A DNA stretch of 64,000 nt from Perkinsus chesapeaki ATCC PRA-425 (GCA_013115145.1 JAAPAO010000140.1:1-64000), one strand, 5' to 3'. Positions 1-11,675 are shown, counted from the stretch's first letter. Translations and numbers: made by a program. Notes: generated from the letters alone by a model not told the origin.

Positions 1-562
1 CTTTGTGGCTCTACTTGATGGAGTTTAACGTCGCTAATGATCGGTTTTACCTTCATTAACATGTTAACTCGAATAAGTAATCTTTATCTACAGTAATCGA
101 TGATGCTCAAATGATTAGCAGATGTCCTTAATCATCGCATGCATCATCCCTTGTCTGGTACACGGTCTGCAATCTTCTAACCCAGCTCATCATTCGGTGG
201 CTCGTCGACGACTTGCTGAATACATTCATAAAGTTGAAGCGGGGCATATAGAAAGAGTAGTCCCTTGCTGGTTACCTGCCTATCACTGCCTTTAGATAAA
301 TACGGGTTACGACTTGGTAGGGGATTCAGCTAGGCTCACTGATATTTCACGATGTATCTTTCACAATAGGTAGGTACCTGTACTGGTGGCACTATAACAC
401 TTTCACACGTGTCTGGTTTAAGCTTTGTAGAAATAAGCGCTATCGTGGTGTTGAGGACTGCAGCGTATTACGCAGTCCTGATTTAACTCTCGTAGCGGCT
501 GTTACCAGGTCAGGAGCATCTAAAGGGGTGATAGTATAATTATTGATGATAGCGAGGACGAC

Positions 563-985
563 ATGTACGTGTTCCCAAACATCGCCAACAAACCATCTGC
601 ATCGCACAACGCCCTCAAACCTCTCCAGAATTCAGCCATGGACAAGGTCTTCGAGCAGATCTATCGAAGACATGAAGATCTAACGAATGCTCGATACAGT
701 TGTTTATTCACAGTCACGCAGTACGAAGGGTATAATAAATTTGATCTATTGACGAAGGACTTCGAATCCAAACCTTCTACAGTGAGCTCTGATGCTCGGA
801 CGCTGGGATCTGTCTGCAGGTTTCGGCCCAATATAGAGTGGTTCTTGTGCTTACTAACAAAATGGAAGGACTCAAAATTGCCAAATTGGAGCTCATCACA
901 TATTCGTTACCAACGTGAGTTCATTGGCGGTGGTACCAGTCTAGAGATCTTGCTGTCACGTCAGAGTCGGCGTCCCAAGATTTAA
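563..985 (+). CDS. hypothetical protein (140 aa, intronless)
   Basis: ATG-started open frame; no recognisable motif; stop codon lies 1 nt before the next ATG. Confidence 0.35.
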   Translation: MYVFPNIANKPSASHNALKPLQNSAMDKVFEQIYRRHEDLTNARYSCLFTVTQYEGYNKFDLLTKDFESKPSTVSSDARTLGSVCRFRPNIEWFLCLLTKWKDSKLPNWSSSHIRYQREFIGGGTSLEILLSRQSRRPKI

Positions 986-986
986 T

Positions 987-1358
987 ATGAGCCTCTTGCG
1001 AGCTTGGGAGGCTTCGAGGCAGGAAGTATCTACAGTAGATCTTACTGTGGGAGATGAGGAGCTTAAGCGTCTCTGTGTCGACTATATGTCTTATCCGAAG
1101 CCTAGGGCACCAAATTGGAAACCAACACAGAAATGGTTCTTCGAGGACGCAGACGATATGAAAGATGAAATAATGCACCTAATTCGTTCGGTTACTAATA
1201 CCAGATTGCGGCTAGCAAGTTCAGGTGGTTGGACTAGAGATGTTCTCGAAATCCGAATTCATGAGCCAATTGGCCGGCGCAAGTGGCCGGTAGTTTACCA
1301 GGATCCCAATTATCATGCGGTGTGGTTGAAGGATGAGCTGTCACGGCTTACTGGTTGA
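987..1358 (+). CDS. hypothetical protein (123 aa, intronless)
   Basis: ORF directly abutting the previous one (TAA-T-ATG); protein-like composition; no recognisable motif. Confidence 0.35.
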   Translation: MSLLRAWEASRQEVSTVDLTVGDEELKRLCVDYMSYPKPRAPNWKPTQKWFFEDADDMKDEIMHLIRSVTNTRLRLASSGGWTRDVLEIRIHEPIGRRKWPVVYQDPNYHAVWLKDELSRLTG

Positions 1359-1747
1359 TACAGCCTCAGCTGCATATGATGTTGTTGGTGTCATGTCCTT
1401 GATTACAGTAGTTGCGTTGGAGCGGATCTTGGTGGTGTTTGGATATATCTTTCAGGGCACAAGCGTGATAGAGGGTATCTCATGAATATATATTCATCAT
1501 ATAGTATCTTACGTTGATCCATGCCATCTCCACGTAAAGGATCTACTCATCGTCTTCGGAATGATGACGAGGAACCGTCATCACCCCAAGTCGATTATGG
1601 TGAGGAGTGGGAGGAGATATATCGAGAAGAGGAGCAAGCAAGGATAGGTAATATGGGAAAGTATTACTGTAAATATTTACCACTATCGCCGTCCAAGACT
1701 TATACTCCCCCTAAGGCCATATATTCATGGTCCCAGTTGAGTGTCCA

Positions 1748-2000
1748 AAGTAGGATGAATATTATATAGGGGATGAAGTAGGGTCAATATTATATAGGGG
1801 ATGAAGTAGGGTCAATATTATATAGGGGATGAAGTAGGGTGAATATTATATAGGGGATGAAGTAGGGTCAATATTATATAGGGGATGAAGTAGGGTGAAT
1901 ATCGTATGGGGGATGAAGTAGGGTGAATATTATATAGGGGATGAAGTAGGGTGAATATCGTATGGGGGATGTAGTAGGGTGAATATCGTATGGGGGTGAA
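1748..2000. repeat. 28-bp G-rich tandem repeat (minisatellite), 8 full units plus partial units
   Basis: Units AATATTATATAGGGGATGAAGTAGGGT(C/G) and variant AATATCGTATGGGGGATG(A/T)AGTAGGGTG start at 1758, 1786, 1814, 1842, 1870, 1898, 1926, 1954 and 1982 (partial). Confidence 0.97.
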
Positions 2001-2008
2001 TAATTTAA

Positions 2009-4960
2009 TTGTTAATATTAATAATCCAATTGCCTCGGGCGGCAAGTGAGGTAGTCGTTGTTTCAGCTGCTGGTCGGCCTAAGAAGAAGGCATCTTCTTC
2101 TAGTAGCCAAAAGCCTCGATTGAACCTCTGGGATGACTGTGAAAATATGCCTGGAGCCAAGCCGAATGCAACACCAGTACAGCGAGAGTGAGCTACCAGT
2201 GGATGATGGCCTTGGAGGCCGACTTGTTAAGTTTATCAGTAAGGTACTTTGAATCGAGATGCCTGAAGGTTTGGAAGGAGACAGCTAAGGAGAGTCAAGC
2301 GCACGAGGAGGAGCGGTCTCGTGAACTGGAGCTGGAGGAGGCGGAATGGTAGTAAGAGGAGTTACGGTAGTGCTTCGGGCTGAGACTGATGTTGTTGCTG
2401 TTGTAGTCTTGAGAACGAGATAACAGATTTGTTCGAGATGTTTCCTTTGCTGGATTCAGCTTTGATACAGGACATTTACCTTTGTAGCGAGAGGGACTGG
2501 GATGCCACCGTCGACACTTTATTGGTAAAGCCGGACGGGATAGAGGGTATTTTGGAGATGATGTCCTATTCTGCCATTTTGGCGTAGCTGTAAAAGGTTT
2601 TCACACAACAGGGACGGGATAACATGGTTTTTAGAGATGTTATCCAGTTGTCCCTGTTGTGGCAGTATTCTGATCGCTGCACAGATATCACTTTGCTGGC
2701 TTTAATCGACAGGCTGGTCGAAGGGAAGGAGGACTTGCCTGAATTCTATAATATAGAATGTCCTATATATGCGGAATGACCTGGTGATTGCATATTGGAT
2801 ATTGTTAACGACTCCCGCTCATCTAGAGGTCATGTGTTTTGAGCATCTGATGCTTAATGACATCCCCTAAACGGTGGATGTTTGATAATTTTGGAACAAC
2901 CTAATTAGGAGTTCTCTGAGCTAGTGCTGCTGCTGGCGAGGATATTTGAATTTCAGAAACTGAGTGGAGAGAATGACGGTCTCGATGCGAAAGTGAGCAA
3001 GCCGCCACCGAAGATGGACGACGAGAATGAATTCCCCCTCCTTATAGGGAGAGACGATTGGCAGGTGGGCGGCGGAGGCGCCTTAGTTGGATGGAGAGTA
3101 TTATCAGGTGGTCCCGCGATATATAATGGAGGAAGGCGCAGCGCCGTCGAAGCCGCCAGAATCATCTTACTTGGCGAAGGCGAAGGCCTCTTCTTCCGAC
3201 AAGACTGCAGAAAAACCTTAGCCCATATGTAGGGAACTTTGTATCTTTGCCTCGTTTCTACGGTTCTGATTTCATCTTCAAGAGGAATTGTGTTAACCTT
3301 AGTAATGAGACGGTGACAGCTGATCGAACATGGACGGGAGTGATGTCTCCTCGGGTACTGAGGGTGAATCGTCTGGTGATGAAGAGGAGATAACGTGGAA
3401 TGTTAACGAAAGAGAGAAACGTATAATACAGAAACCAGGTAGATCGAGCGGTAACAGGTTGGAGATATCGACCTGGCTTAGCGACTTCACGGGATGATGA
3501 TGAGTTTTGGAGCTCGACCTTGCATGACACTTGGGAGGAGGATCCGGATGATACAAGCATATCTTTCAACTCTGAGGACGAGGCGGATGAGCAATGGCAG
3601 GTAGCCACCACCCCATTCAAAAGTATCTTAGCTCGATGCTAGTAGGATGTGGGAGAATCTAGCATGTCCGATTCGGATTCGGTTGATGATGAGGATGCTG
3701 AGAGCGGCGTTGATGAAGCCAGTGATGATAGTTTGAAGAGGAGGCGTAAACCCAACAAGTAGGCGATACATTTACAGTATTACACTACTTCACCCACTGC
3801 TGCTGCGGCTGTTATTTTTAAACGTGGTTGCAGACTTATTGATGACATGTTAACGAATTCGTATTATGATTGTTACATTAATAATTATTCATCAACTTAC
3901 TTCTTCTTGGGTAGTAAAGTTGCCGCTTGTATCTCCCACGTATTTTTGTTTGAAGAAGGACCACTGCTTAGTAGTGTCCTACTGACGCTCTGGTAAAGCT
4001 CTTCGGTATACCTCTTTAAATTTGGCTGCCACATGCTTTATGCCATTCCGAAGCTCAAAGGATAATTGAAGGTATGTCGATCCAGAGTTGCAACCGAAAA
4101 AGAGGAAGACTGGTGTAAAGCAGCGAGCAAAGAAATCAGGGGAGATCAGTGGACCGTCCAGGGAGGAGACGTCTGATAACGGGTAGGTTTTAATGGACCG
4201 CGGAGCTTATCATAGAGTGTTCCGGTTAACAGGAAGTCTTCGCCACAGTCGAGGGGAGTGAGCACACGGGACACAACCCAAGCACAGACTGTAGATTCGA
4301 ATGTTAGAGAGGCTGATCGGCAACATACTCAGGCGGAGCGACGCAATCGACGAGGGAAAAAGGTGAAGAGTAAATGGCCAAGCTATGTGGGATCATCCAC
4401 ATGTCTAGTCGATGAGCAAGATTTTCAGGATGAGCTGATGCAGGAAGCTCGTGAAGTTGAGGTCTGGAATACCGGGCAGTTAACAAGTTATATTGCCTAC
4501 GAGAAGGAACTACAACAGACTGGACATCATCAAAGCTCCGCCGTTAAAGCCAGGAAGAAAGCACGAGAAACTGCCCCTTACATCCGATGGACCTCAAGCA
4601 GGTAAGCAGCCTCTCGCATCTTCTTATGTGAACGAGTCTCGGCAGCTCCTCGGATGGACACGGGGCAGTGGAGGTGTTATCCTTCCATAACGGAGCGACA
4701 AGCTCAGCCATCTCCCCACCGACGGTAGGGCAGGTGACGGAGCCGGACCAGACAGGGCCTTGGAAATATCGGGAACCTCTGACGAATGAGAAGTAGCCAT
4801 CATCCCATGTGCGCGCTATTAGTATGTATTCAGATTTAATACGATTCAAGAGTACCAGAGCCTCCGACAGAAAGGTAAGGAAAGGGAGCTGTCAGAGTTT
4901 CGCCGGGCTTTGGAAGCTCTGGAAGCTTTCTGTCCAAATGGTTGAAGTTGCTAGTTGATG
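2009..4960 (+). pseudogene. decayed coding-like tract, possibly a mobile-element remnant
   Basis: Acidic and basic protein-like stretches on + broken by in-frame stops (e.g. DDEFWSSTLHDTWEEDP..., SDSDSVDDEDAESGVDEASDDSLKRRRKPNK*, ...SDE*EVAIIPCARY*YVFRFNTIQEY...); a PLLIGRD stretch near 3030; no diagnostic RT or transposase motif seen. Confidence 0.25.
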
Positions 4961-5130
4961 TGCTGTTGCGTTAAACTTTTATGTGGGGTTGTCGAACAGA
5001 GCGTACGGTTCCTGTGAGGCGGCGAGTAGCTCAATCGGTCCAGATTGGGAAGGACTGATGAGAACTCTATCCAACACAACACGCTCTTTTCACATAAGAC
5101 ATCGGTTATACATACTAGAGGGACAAGCTG

Positions 5131-6438
5131 TTAAAGAGGAAGACGTAAGTAGATGTTTAGCGCATTCACACAAGCTTCGGACCATCTACGGAGCCTGCCT
5201 TCCTCCGAGAAGTAACTCTGGAAGTTGAACCGATGTTGACATGGCCGAACAGCACTTTTAGGGAAGTAGAGTAGTTTTTTGGACAAGTCAAAGCCAATCC
5301 TGTAAGCTTTGAATAGTGGCCAACCCAGAAGAGGGCATTTACCATCGGGAACAGGCCCAATGGCCAGTTTGCACTGGACGTCATCACAGTCCCTAAGATA
5401 GTGTTTGGGCTCAATGCTGAGGTCAATGCAGCCTGCCCATGCTCCAATACAGTACACAATAGTGGGCAGATATTTCACATGCTCTTTCCGCACAAGCATA
5501 AAACCACTCTTTGGATCTTTCACCATCAGCTTCTTACCGGTCCTTGGCACCGGTACAGCATCGGTTCGATTTGCCATTTCCACCATTACTTGGTCGATCT
5601 GATCGAAGATAGGTAGTGGTACGTCGATAACGGTCGCACCAGAGTCCACGACAACGAGTTCCATGTCGCCGTATCTGCGGATGTTATCCCCTCTGTCTGC
5701 ATATGATTTATCATCACTGTCAACAATCGTGACCATTGGTACCGGTATAGAAGTCTTACGGTGATAGGCATATCGACGACCATGGTCCATTCTCAGAGGG
5801 TGGCTATCCACCAGTTGCGCATTCCCTATCGATAGTACACCAGACATGGTATGATTAGGGCCGTTGATATCAATCGAGTATTGAAGATTAGAGATGATGC
5901 CCCGTCGCTTTAACTGCTCTAGAGCCGTTTCAGGTAGGTATCTCCTACCAAAAGATAGACCTAGAAAACCCTGAGGCGTGCAGTTGTTGTCACTGTGGTT
6001 GATCGCCAATCCTATGGTGAAATGCTTTATTATTATACTTCCGATGGTGAGTGTAAGGCTATGCTCCACGTACTCGTACACGCCCCCAGTCTCGTAGGGA
6101 ACCGTCCATCGCTTCCTCTCGAGAATATCATTACAGGGATTCTCAATAGGGCAAAAGTAACACCCTGAAAGAAGTCTACTGCAACTCCCTTCTCCATTCT
6201 TTTTCTCGTAAGAAGGGCCGTGTATAACAAAGCTCCTAGCCGTGCCCGTGTCCATAATAACGTTAGTTTTTTGCCCGTCCAAAGTGAGAGGTATATATCC
6301 TTCTGTTATAGGTAAGGTTATCACCTCAGCGATGCTAGCCTTCGCCGACAGTGTGAGTACGATGCAGCTGGAACGCATAAATAGGGAAAGTAAACTTCCT
6401 AACATCCTCGAGTTCACCGCGCAAACTCCACGCCCCAA
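5131..6438 (-). CDS. pepsin-family (A1) aspartic protease, copy 1
   Basis: Catalytic motifs IMDTGT and VVDSGAT, flap VPYETG, hydrophobic N-terminus, C-terminal LLGWPLF; intronless; real start may be a downstream Met. Confidence 0.9.
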   Translation of the reverse strand: MGRGVCAVNSRMLGSLLSLFMRSSCIVLTLSAKASIAEVITLPITEGYIPLTLDGQKTNVIMDTGTARSFVIHGPSYEKKNGEGSCSRLLSGCYFCPIENPCNDILERKRWTVPYETGGVYEYVEHSLTLTIGSIIIKHFTIGLAINHSDNNCTPQGFLGLSFGRRYLPETALEQLKRRGIISNLQYSIDINGPNHTMSGVLSIGNAQLVDSHPLRMDHGRRYAYHRKTSIPVPMVTIVDSDDKSYADRGDNIRRYGDMELVVVDSGATVIDVPLPIFDQIDQVMVEMANRTDAVPVPRTGKKLMVKDPKSGFMLVRKEHVKYLPTIVYCIGAWAGCIDLSIEPKHYLRDCDDVQCKLAIGPVPDGKCPLLGWPLFKAYRIGFDLSKKLLYFPKSAVRPCQHRFNFQSYFSEEGRLRRWSEACVNALNIYLRLPL

Positions 6439-6536
6439 TATTTATCACGCGACCTCTGCTTCGATTCTCTTAAATTGCACATCTGTTATACATATGGATT
6501 TAACAATATAGTATAGAATCGAAAACACTCAATGCA

Positions 6537-7730
6537 CTACATCGCTGACAGACGCTGTTTCCGTCTGATAATTGATTTGATCAAGCTTGGTAGACGTCGA
6601 AGTATCCGCCTGGAAGTGGAAAAGTAAAGCTGCTCGCTAGACAGATCAAAACCAACCGTGTAAGCCCTGAACATGGGCTTACCCAAGCAGAGGAATTCGT
6701 CATCGGGAATACGACCAAGTGCCAATGTACACTCATTGTCATCGCAAGTACCAATATAGTGTTTGGGTTCAACTTTGAGCTCAATGCAGTCCGCCTGTCC
6801 TCCAATACAATACACGATAGTGGGGAGGTATTTGACATACTTCTTCCGCACAAGGACCCAACCACTTTTTGCGTCCTCCCATATTATTTTATTATCACCA
6901 GTGGCAAATCTCGATTTGGCCGACAGTTCTGCCATTTTTTCAGTAATTAGATCGAAGCTTGATGCTGGAATGTCGATTAGTGTCGCGCCGGAGTCCACAA
7001 CACCAGTAATGGTATCTCCTATAGCGTATTCAGATCTACCAGCTGAATATACTCTGCCGGTAGGATCAGAGAACGTTACCGCCGATACCATCACAGCAGC
7101 CTTCCTGCCAATCGAGCCAGGTTCTCGACGGTCCATATAAATCGCCTGGCCGTCGATTGGTCTTCCATCTCCAATTCGCAGCATTCCAGTCGCATCCGGT
7201 TTGCGTTCTTCAATATGAATTGAGTAAACGAGATCTGAGATGACGGCTCTTCTCTTGAGTTGTTCCAAGAATGTTTCTGGAATGTCGCCCCGGCCGAAAG
7301 AAAGGCCTAGAAGCCCTTTGGGTGGATACCGCAAACTTGAAGTTGAGCTGTACTGGAGTACCAAACCAATTTTGAAATCCTCTATTATCCTAGTCCCGAT
7401 GGTGAGTGCAACGGAATGCTCCACGTACTCGTACACGTATCCATCTCCGAAGACGGCAACCCATCCCTTCCTTTGGAGAATATCGTTGCAGGACTTACCC
7501 GGAGGACAGAAGTAACACCCTGCAAAAAGTTCTTCGCAGCTCCCATGCCCGTTGATAGCCTCGTAAGAAGGACCATATATGGCAAAGCTCCTAGCACTTC
7601 CAGTGTCCATATGAAAGTTAAGGGCCTGCCCGTCGAGACCAAGAGACACACATCCTCTCCTTATAGGTAGACTTATCGAATCAGTGCTGACCAAGGTGGG
7701 CGGATAGAATATGAGGAATAAGAGATACAT
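6537..7730 (-). CDS. pepsin-family (A1) aspartic protease, copy 2
   Basis: HMDTGS and VVDSGAT; signal-peptide-like start MYLLFLIFYPPTLVS; aligns along its length with copy 1. Confidence 0.92.
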   Translation of the reverse strand: MYLLFLIFYPPTLVSTDSISLPIRRGCVSLGLDGQALNFHMDTGSARSFAIYGPSYEAINGHGSCEELFAGCYFCPPGKSCNDILQRKGWVAVFGDGYVYEYVEHSVALTIGTRIIEDFKIGLVLQYSSTSSLRYPPKGLLGLSFGRGDIPETFLEQLKRRAVISDLVYSIHIEERKPDATGMLRIGDGRPIDGQAIYMDRREPGSIGRKAAVMVSAVTFSDPTGRVYSAGRSEYAIGDTITGVVDSGATLIDIPASSFDLITEKMAELSAKSRFATGDNKIIWEDAKSGWVLVRKKYVKYLPTIVYCIGGQADCIELKVEPKHYIGTCDDNECTLALGRIPDDEFLCLGKPMFRAYTVGFDLSSEQLYFSTSRRILRRLPSLIKSIIRRKQRLSAM

Positions 7731-8778
7731 GAATTAAAACGAGAAAACCTAAAACCATGAAAGATATTCCCATAAGACCGTCCCCGAAGAAGGAGTCAGC
7801 CTGATACTTCGTACGGGATGGTGATTTATGGGGGCAGAGCTTTGATGACCAAAATCGCCCCGCTCATGCCACGAGCCAATTGGAGCCGGAAACAAGTCGA
7901 ATGCTCAAGTCAGCTTAGTTCATACTTTAGAGAAAAAAGGTGCATGCGCCCAAAAATAAGCGACATTCACCCCGTCTCCCTTTCGCATTCTTGATTTCTT
8001 TCGTATTCTTCATACTGGAACAGCCCGCGTCTCGTAGTAATTCAACTCTTGTCATGTGAGAGTCTCACAGTACTACAGTACACGGATGTAGATGATAAGC
8101 GCACAGTGAGCACTTCCGCAACAGTCTGTAGTACTGCCATTTGCCGGAAACTCCCATTTCCCTGTCATTCAGACAGACTCGACATTAATAGGGCACCTTC
8201 AAGTTGAGGGCCTCAACCGTTCTTAGTGAGAACTTCTTACGGAATCAAACGGGAGTCCTCTCTTTCAACTTCTCCCTCAGTGAGTGACACTTTGTCGTGG
8301 TCGATTGCTCCCTAAATGGACATAGTTGCCCCAGGAATCATCGGTGAAGATTGCCGGACAATATTACTCGAACAGATTGTTAGGTTTATGCAGGTTGGTA
8401 AAAGTACCATATAGTTGATATTTTAGGATAGAACTAACGGACTGGTTACAGTTTGTTCCTCCCGTTGACATTAACGAAGGGGTTGAAAGAACAGCCGTTG
8501 ACATTATACTCTTACCTTGTCAACGTGACACCCAGAACAGCCTGCGATAACCAAGTAAGGCGTCCCTGCTGAAATCCCTGTAAAAACACATCAACTACCT
8601 CCCGAGTCAAGGATTTTGACATGTATCTATGACGTATACGTACATGTCGAACATATATTCTCAAACACAAAATAAAGATGGAACATTAACGATCAGCACA
8701 TCCATATGCAGTTACAGGTCATGACAGGGTTTACAATAATAAAAAGTATCGTGTAGCAGCCGCGACATCAGAATCAAC

Positions 8779-9939
8779 TCAATTGCCTTCTGCAGGCAAT
8801 TCTACGCCGGGCTCGATAGCTGTGAAACTGAATCGCTCTCTAGATAAGTCGAACCCAATCGCGTAAGCTCGAAATAGAGGCTGACCCAGGCCAAGGGCTC
8901 TGCGGTTTGGAATACGGGCAACGGCTAGAAAACAATAACCCCTGTTGCAATTCTGAATATAATGCTTAGGCTGTATTCTGAGCTGAATACAGTCTGGTCC
9001 CTCTCCAATACAGTACACAATATCAGGGAGGTACTTGGCATGTTTATCGCGGACGACTACCCAACCACAATTATCCTCCCATATTATCTCCTTGTGGCCT
9101 CTATCACCCACAGATATCTTGCTACCCTCTTGAGTTAGCGAATCTATCATAACTAGGTTAATTAAATCGAACACACTTGCAGGCACGTCGATAACACCCA
9201 GACCGCTATCTACGAGCATGGGTGTGCTATCTCCAGCTGTAGCACCCTCCACTGCGGCGTGTAGATGGAGTACTCCTTGGATATCAACGAGTTGGATCAT
9301 TGATAGTGGTACAGCAGGCTTCCGATGGAGTTCTGGGGGTCGCCGTGGATCCATCTTCACCGACTCTCCGCCCACCAGTTGCGCATCGCCCAACGATAGT
9401 ACACCAGACGTGCTGCCCATGGGGCCTTTGATATGAATTGCGTACACGAGATCGGCGATAATGCCGCGTCTTTTTAACTGCTCCAATACGGTTTCTGGTA
9501 GGGATCTTCTACCGAACGACAGACCTAGGTAACCGTGAGGCTCACAGCGCACCCCGCTGTGCTTGATCGCCAGTCCGAACGTGAAATCCTTTATCACCGC
9601 CGCCCCGATAGTGAGGGTAAGAGTATGCTCCACGTATTCGTATTCTCCGCTTCCGAACGCAACTCTCCAGCGCTTTCTCTGTAGGATATCTTCGCATGGG
9701 TTCTCGCGAGGGCAAAAATAGCATCCCGAGCGAAGTTTACCACAACTCCCTTCCCCGTTGAGCCTTTCGTATGAAGGGCCATGTATGGCAAAACTTCTGG
9801 CGGTGCCTGTATCCACGAGAAGGTCATTTTTCTGCCCATCCAAGCCCAGAGATATAAATTCCTCCACTACGGGCAAAACCAAAGCCTCAGCGACGACGAC
9901 GCGGCTCAGAGGGGTCAAGAGGACGAGAGTAGAATACAT
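8779..9939 (-). CDS. pepsin-family (A1) aspartic protease, copy 3
   Basis: LVDTGT and LVDSGLG; signal-peptide-like N-terminus; colinear with copies 1 and 2. Confidence 0.92.
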   Translation of the reverse strand: MYSTLVLLTPLSRVVVAEALVLPVVEEFISLGLDGQKNDLLVDTGTARSFAIHGPSYERLNGEGSCGKLRSGCYFCPRENPCEDILQRKRWRVAFGSGEYEYVEHTLTLTIGAAVIKDFTFGLAIKHSGVRCEPHGYLGLSFGRRSLPETVLEQLKRRGIIADLVYAIHIKGPMGSTSGVLSLGDAQLVGGESVKMDPRRPPELHRKPAVPLSMIQLVDIQGVLHLHAAVEGATAGDSTPMLVDSGLGVIDVPASVFDLINLVMIDSLTQEGSKISVGDRGHKEIIWEDNCGWVVVRDKHAKYLPDIVYCIGEGPDCIQLRIQPKHYIQNCNRGYCFLAVARIPNRRALGLGQPLFRAYAIGFDLSRERFSFTAIEPGVELPAEGN

Positions 9940-10510
9940 AAACGAGTAAACTGAACTTCAGTGTATCTGCGCGTGAGCTTCTACTCTGCATTTTCGACGC
10001 TTTCAGAGCAACGCTATGGCATTTGGTGCTCAGCTAAACCGTGCTTAGTGACAATGAGTCGGTGCTCAATAGCTACACACCTCCTTATTTCTGGGTAACA
10101 TGGAAGCGCTCTCCCGCTCGACGTGCAACGATGGTGTCTCGTCTCCATTGTTCAGCCTATCACGTGTCTCCCGGACTGCACTGTCTCTTCTCGTGCGAGT
10201 GGAATACGGAGACCAAGATTTCGGCAAGATGCTTGCCTGCATGGTCTACGCGACGTTTCTGACATTGCCAGTGCTACAACGGAGCTTCAGGAGTTATTCG
10301 TGTACATGCGAAAGAAGTGGCCTGCGTAGCTACTGAGCGGTCTCGAAACGGTTTTTCATATTTTCTGGCGGACTGAGTGTGTTACAAGCAAACCAGTAGG
10401 ATCATCCAACTAGGACGGGGAATCTAGCCCATGTGAATGTTTTCGGATCAGCGTGTTTCTGGGGTAGCTAGAAATCTCGAAATATCAGCCTGGTATTTCG
10501 AGATTTCTGG

Positions 10511-10665
10511 CTACTCTGAATACGTAGAATATCTGAATAGCATTCGTTTGTTCGTGTCGAAACCCCCTGAAGAAATATCGATAGTAATCGCACCAGAGTC
10601 AACGATGGAGGTTATGCTCGCTATCCTCTCCACCAGAATAGTTGACCATGTCATCTGAATCCGAT
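10511..10665 (-). pseudogene. fragment of a fourth aspartic protease
   Basis: Minus strand reads ITSIVDSGAITIDISSGGFD, matching copy 2 ITGVVDSGATLIDIPASSFD; an upstream frame reads SDSDDMVNYSGGEDSE (frameshifted); in-frame stop at 10511-10513. Confidence 0.7.
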
Positions 10666-11675
10666 CAGTTACAGGCTGCATGCTCTACCAGTTCAGTATT
10701 TTATTCCATTTTATACCTTTCTCTCTGACCGCATTTCGCCAAAAATAGGTGTATCTCGCCACAAACTCGAGCCGGGCCGGTTATAAAGATCGGCGCGACT
10801 GCCTAGTGACTCAAATTCAGATACACAACCAAGCTCGCACAGACAATTGTGTGGCAACACAAATAGACAAATGAGGAACCGACTCAAGCTCGAGCTGTGC
10901 CTCTAAGCACTCTTGTGCTTTCCGACTAAGTGTGATTGTCTTTTAGGTGGAGCAGTAAAACTCAAGTATCATCAGTACATCGCACTGTCGTGGTTGTTTC
11001 AAGTCGATAGTGTATTCTGGTTCGCGATTCTCATTATATCAACGCCTTGACAACTCGAAGACATCAGCTATTTGCAGAAAACAACGATTTCGAGTTAATA
11101 ATACAACAGTCATTCAAAAGCGGTGATAAGCTAACGAATATAAAGAAGACAACTGAGCGAGATGAAAATATCATTCTGAGGGGGAAATAATGTCAGAACT
11201 TCCCATTGCTGAAATACTCGTTCTTCGGCTACCCAAAGATGCTGTTGATGCCATTCCATTCTTTCTGAGATGATGCACTGTAACCCACAGACCGCTGTGA
11301 TCAACTCACCTTATTAACGGCTGCCGCCAAGCCAACACCCAACTGGGAGCGAGGCGTGCTTGTCCCTTGCTGAGGGACTCTAGTGGACGGAGACGGTGGG
11401 GGAAGGTCTCGCCGCGAGCTGACAAGGAATCGCTGGTTGCGGTTATGACTATACCAACTTTTGCACAACACTTTGTTGAATGACTATTTAAGAAACTACG
11501 CTGAATAAGTCTAGCGATAACATATAAGGCAGTACGAACCTACCTCGCAGGGGAGGGGCCGGCTGGTGAACGCTCTGCGATAGGCGTTCTTGTAATACTG
11601 TCGTGGCCAATGAAGCTCGACGAGAGGCTTGTGTCACCACTGAAGCATAAGTTTTGACAACGCGACTGTTATGGT

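Noticed and set aside
1748-2000. 28-bp repeats as a CRISPR array
   Set aside because: Units are head-to-tail with no unique spacers, there are no cas genes, and the context is eukaryotic
2924-3232. PLLIGRD as a retroviral-type protease
   Set aside because: No in-frame D(T/S)G upstream and no RT or integrase motifs; kept only as part of a low-confidence decayed tract
2009-4960. In-frame stops as a sign of stop-codon reassignment
   Set aside because: Intact genes in the window end at TAA, TAG and TGA normally and have no internal stops; decay is the simpler explanation
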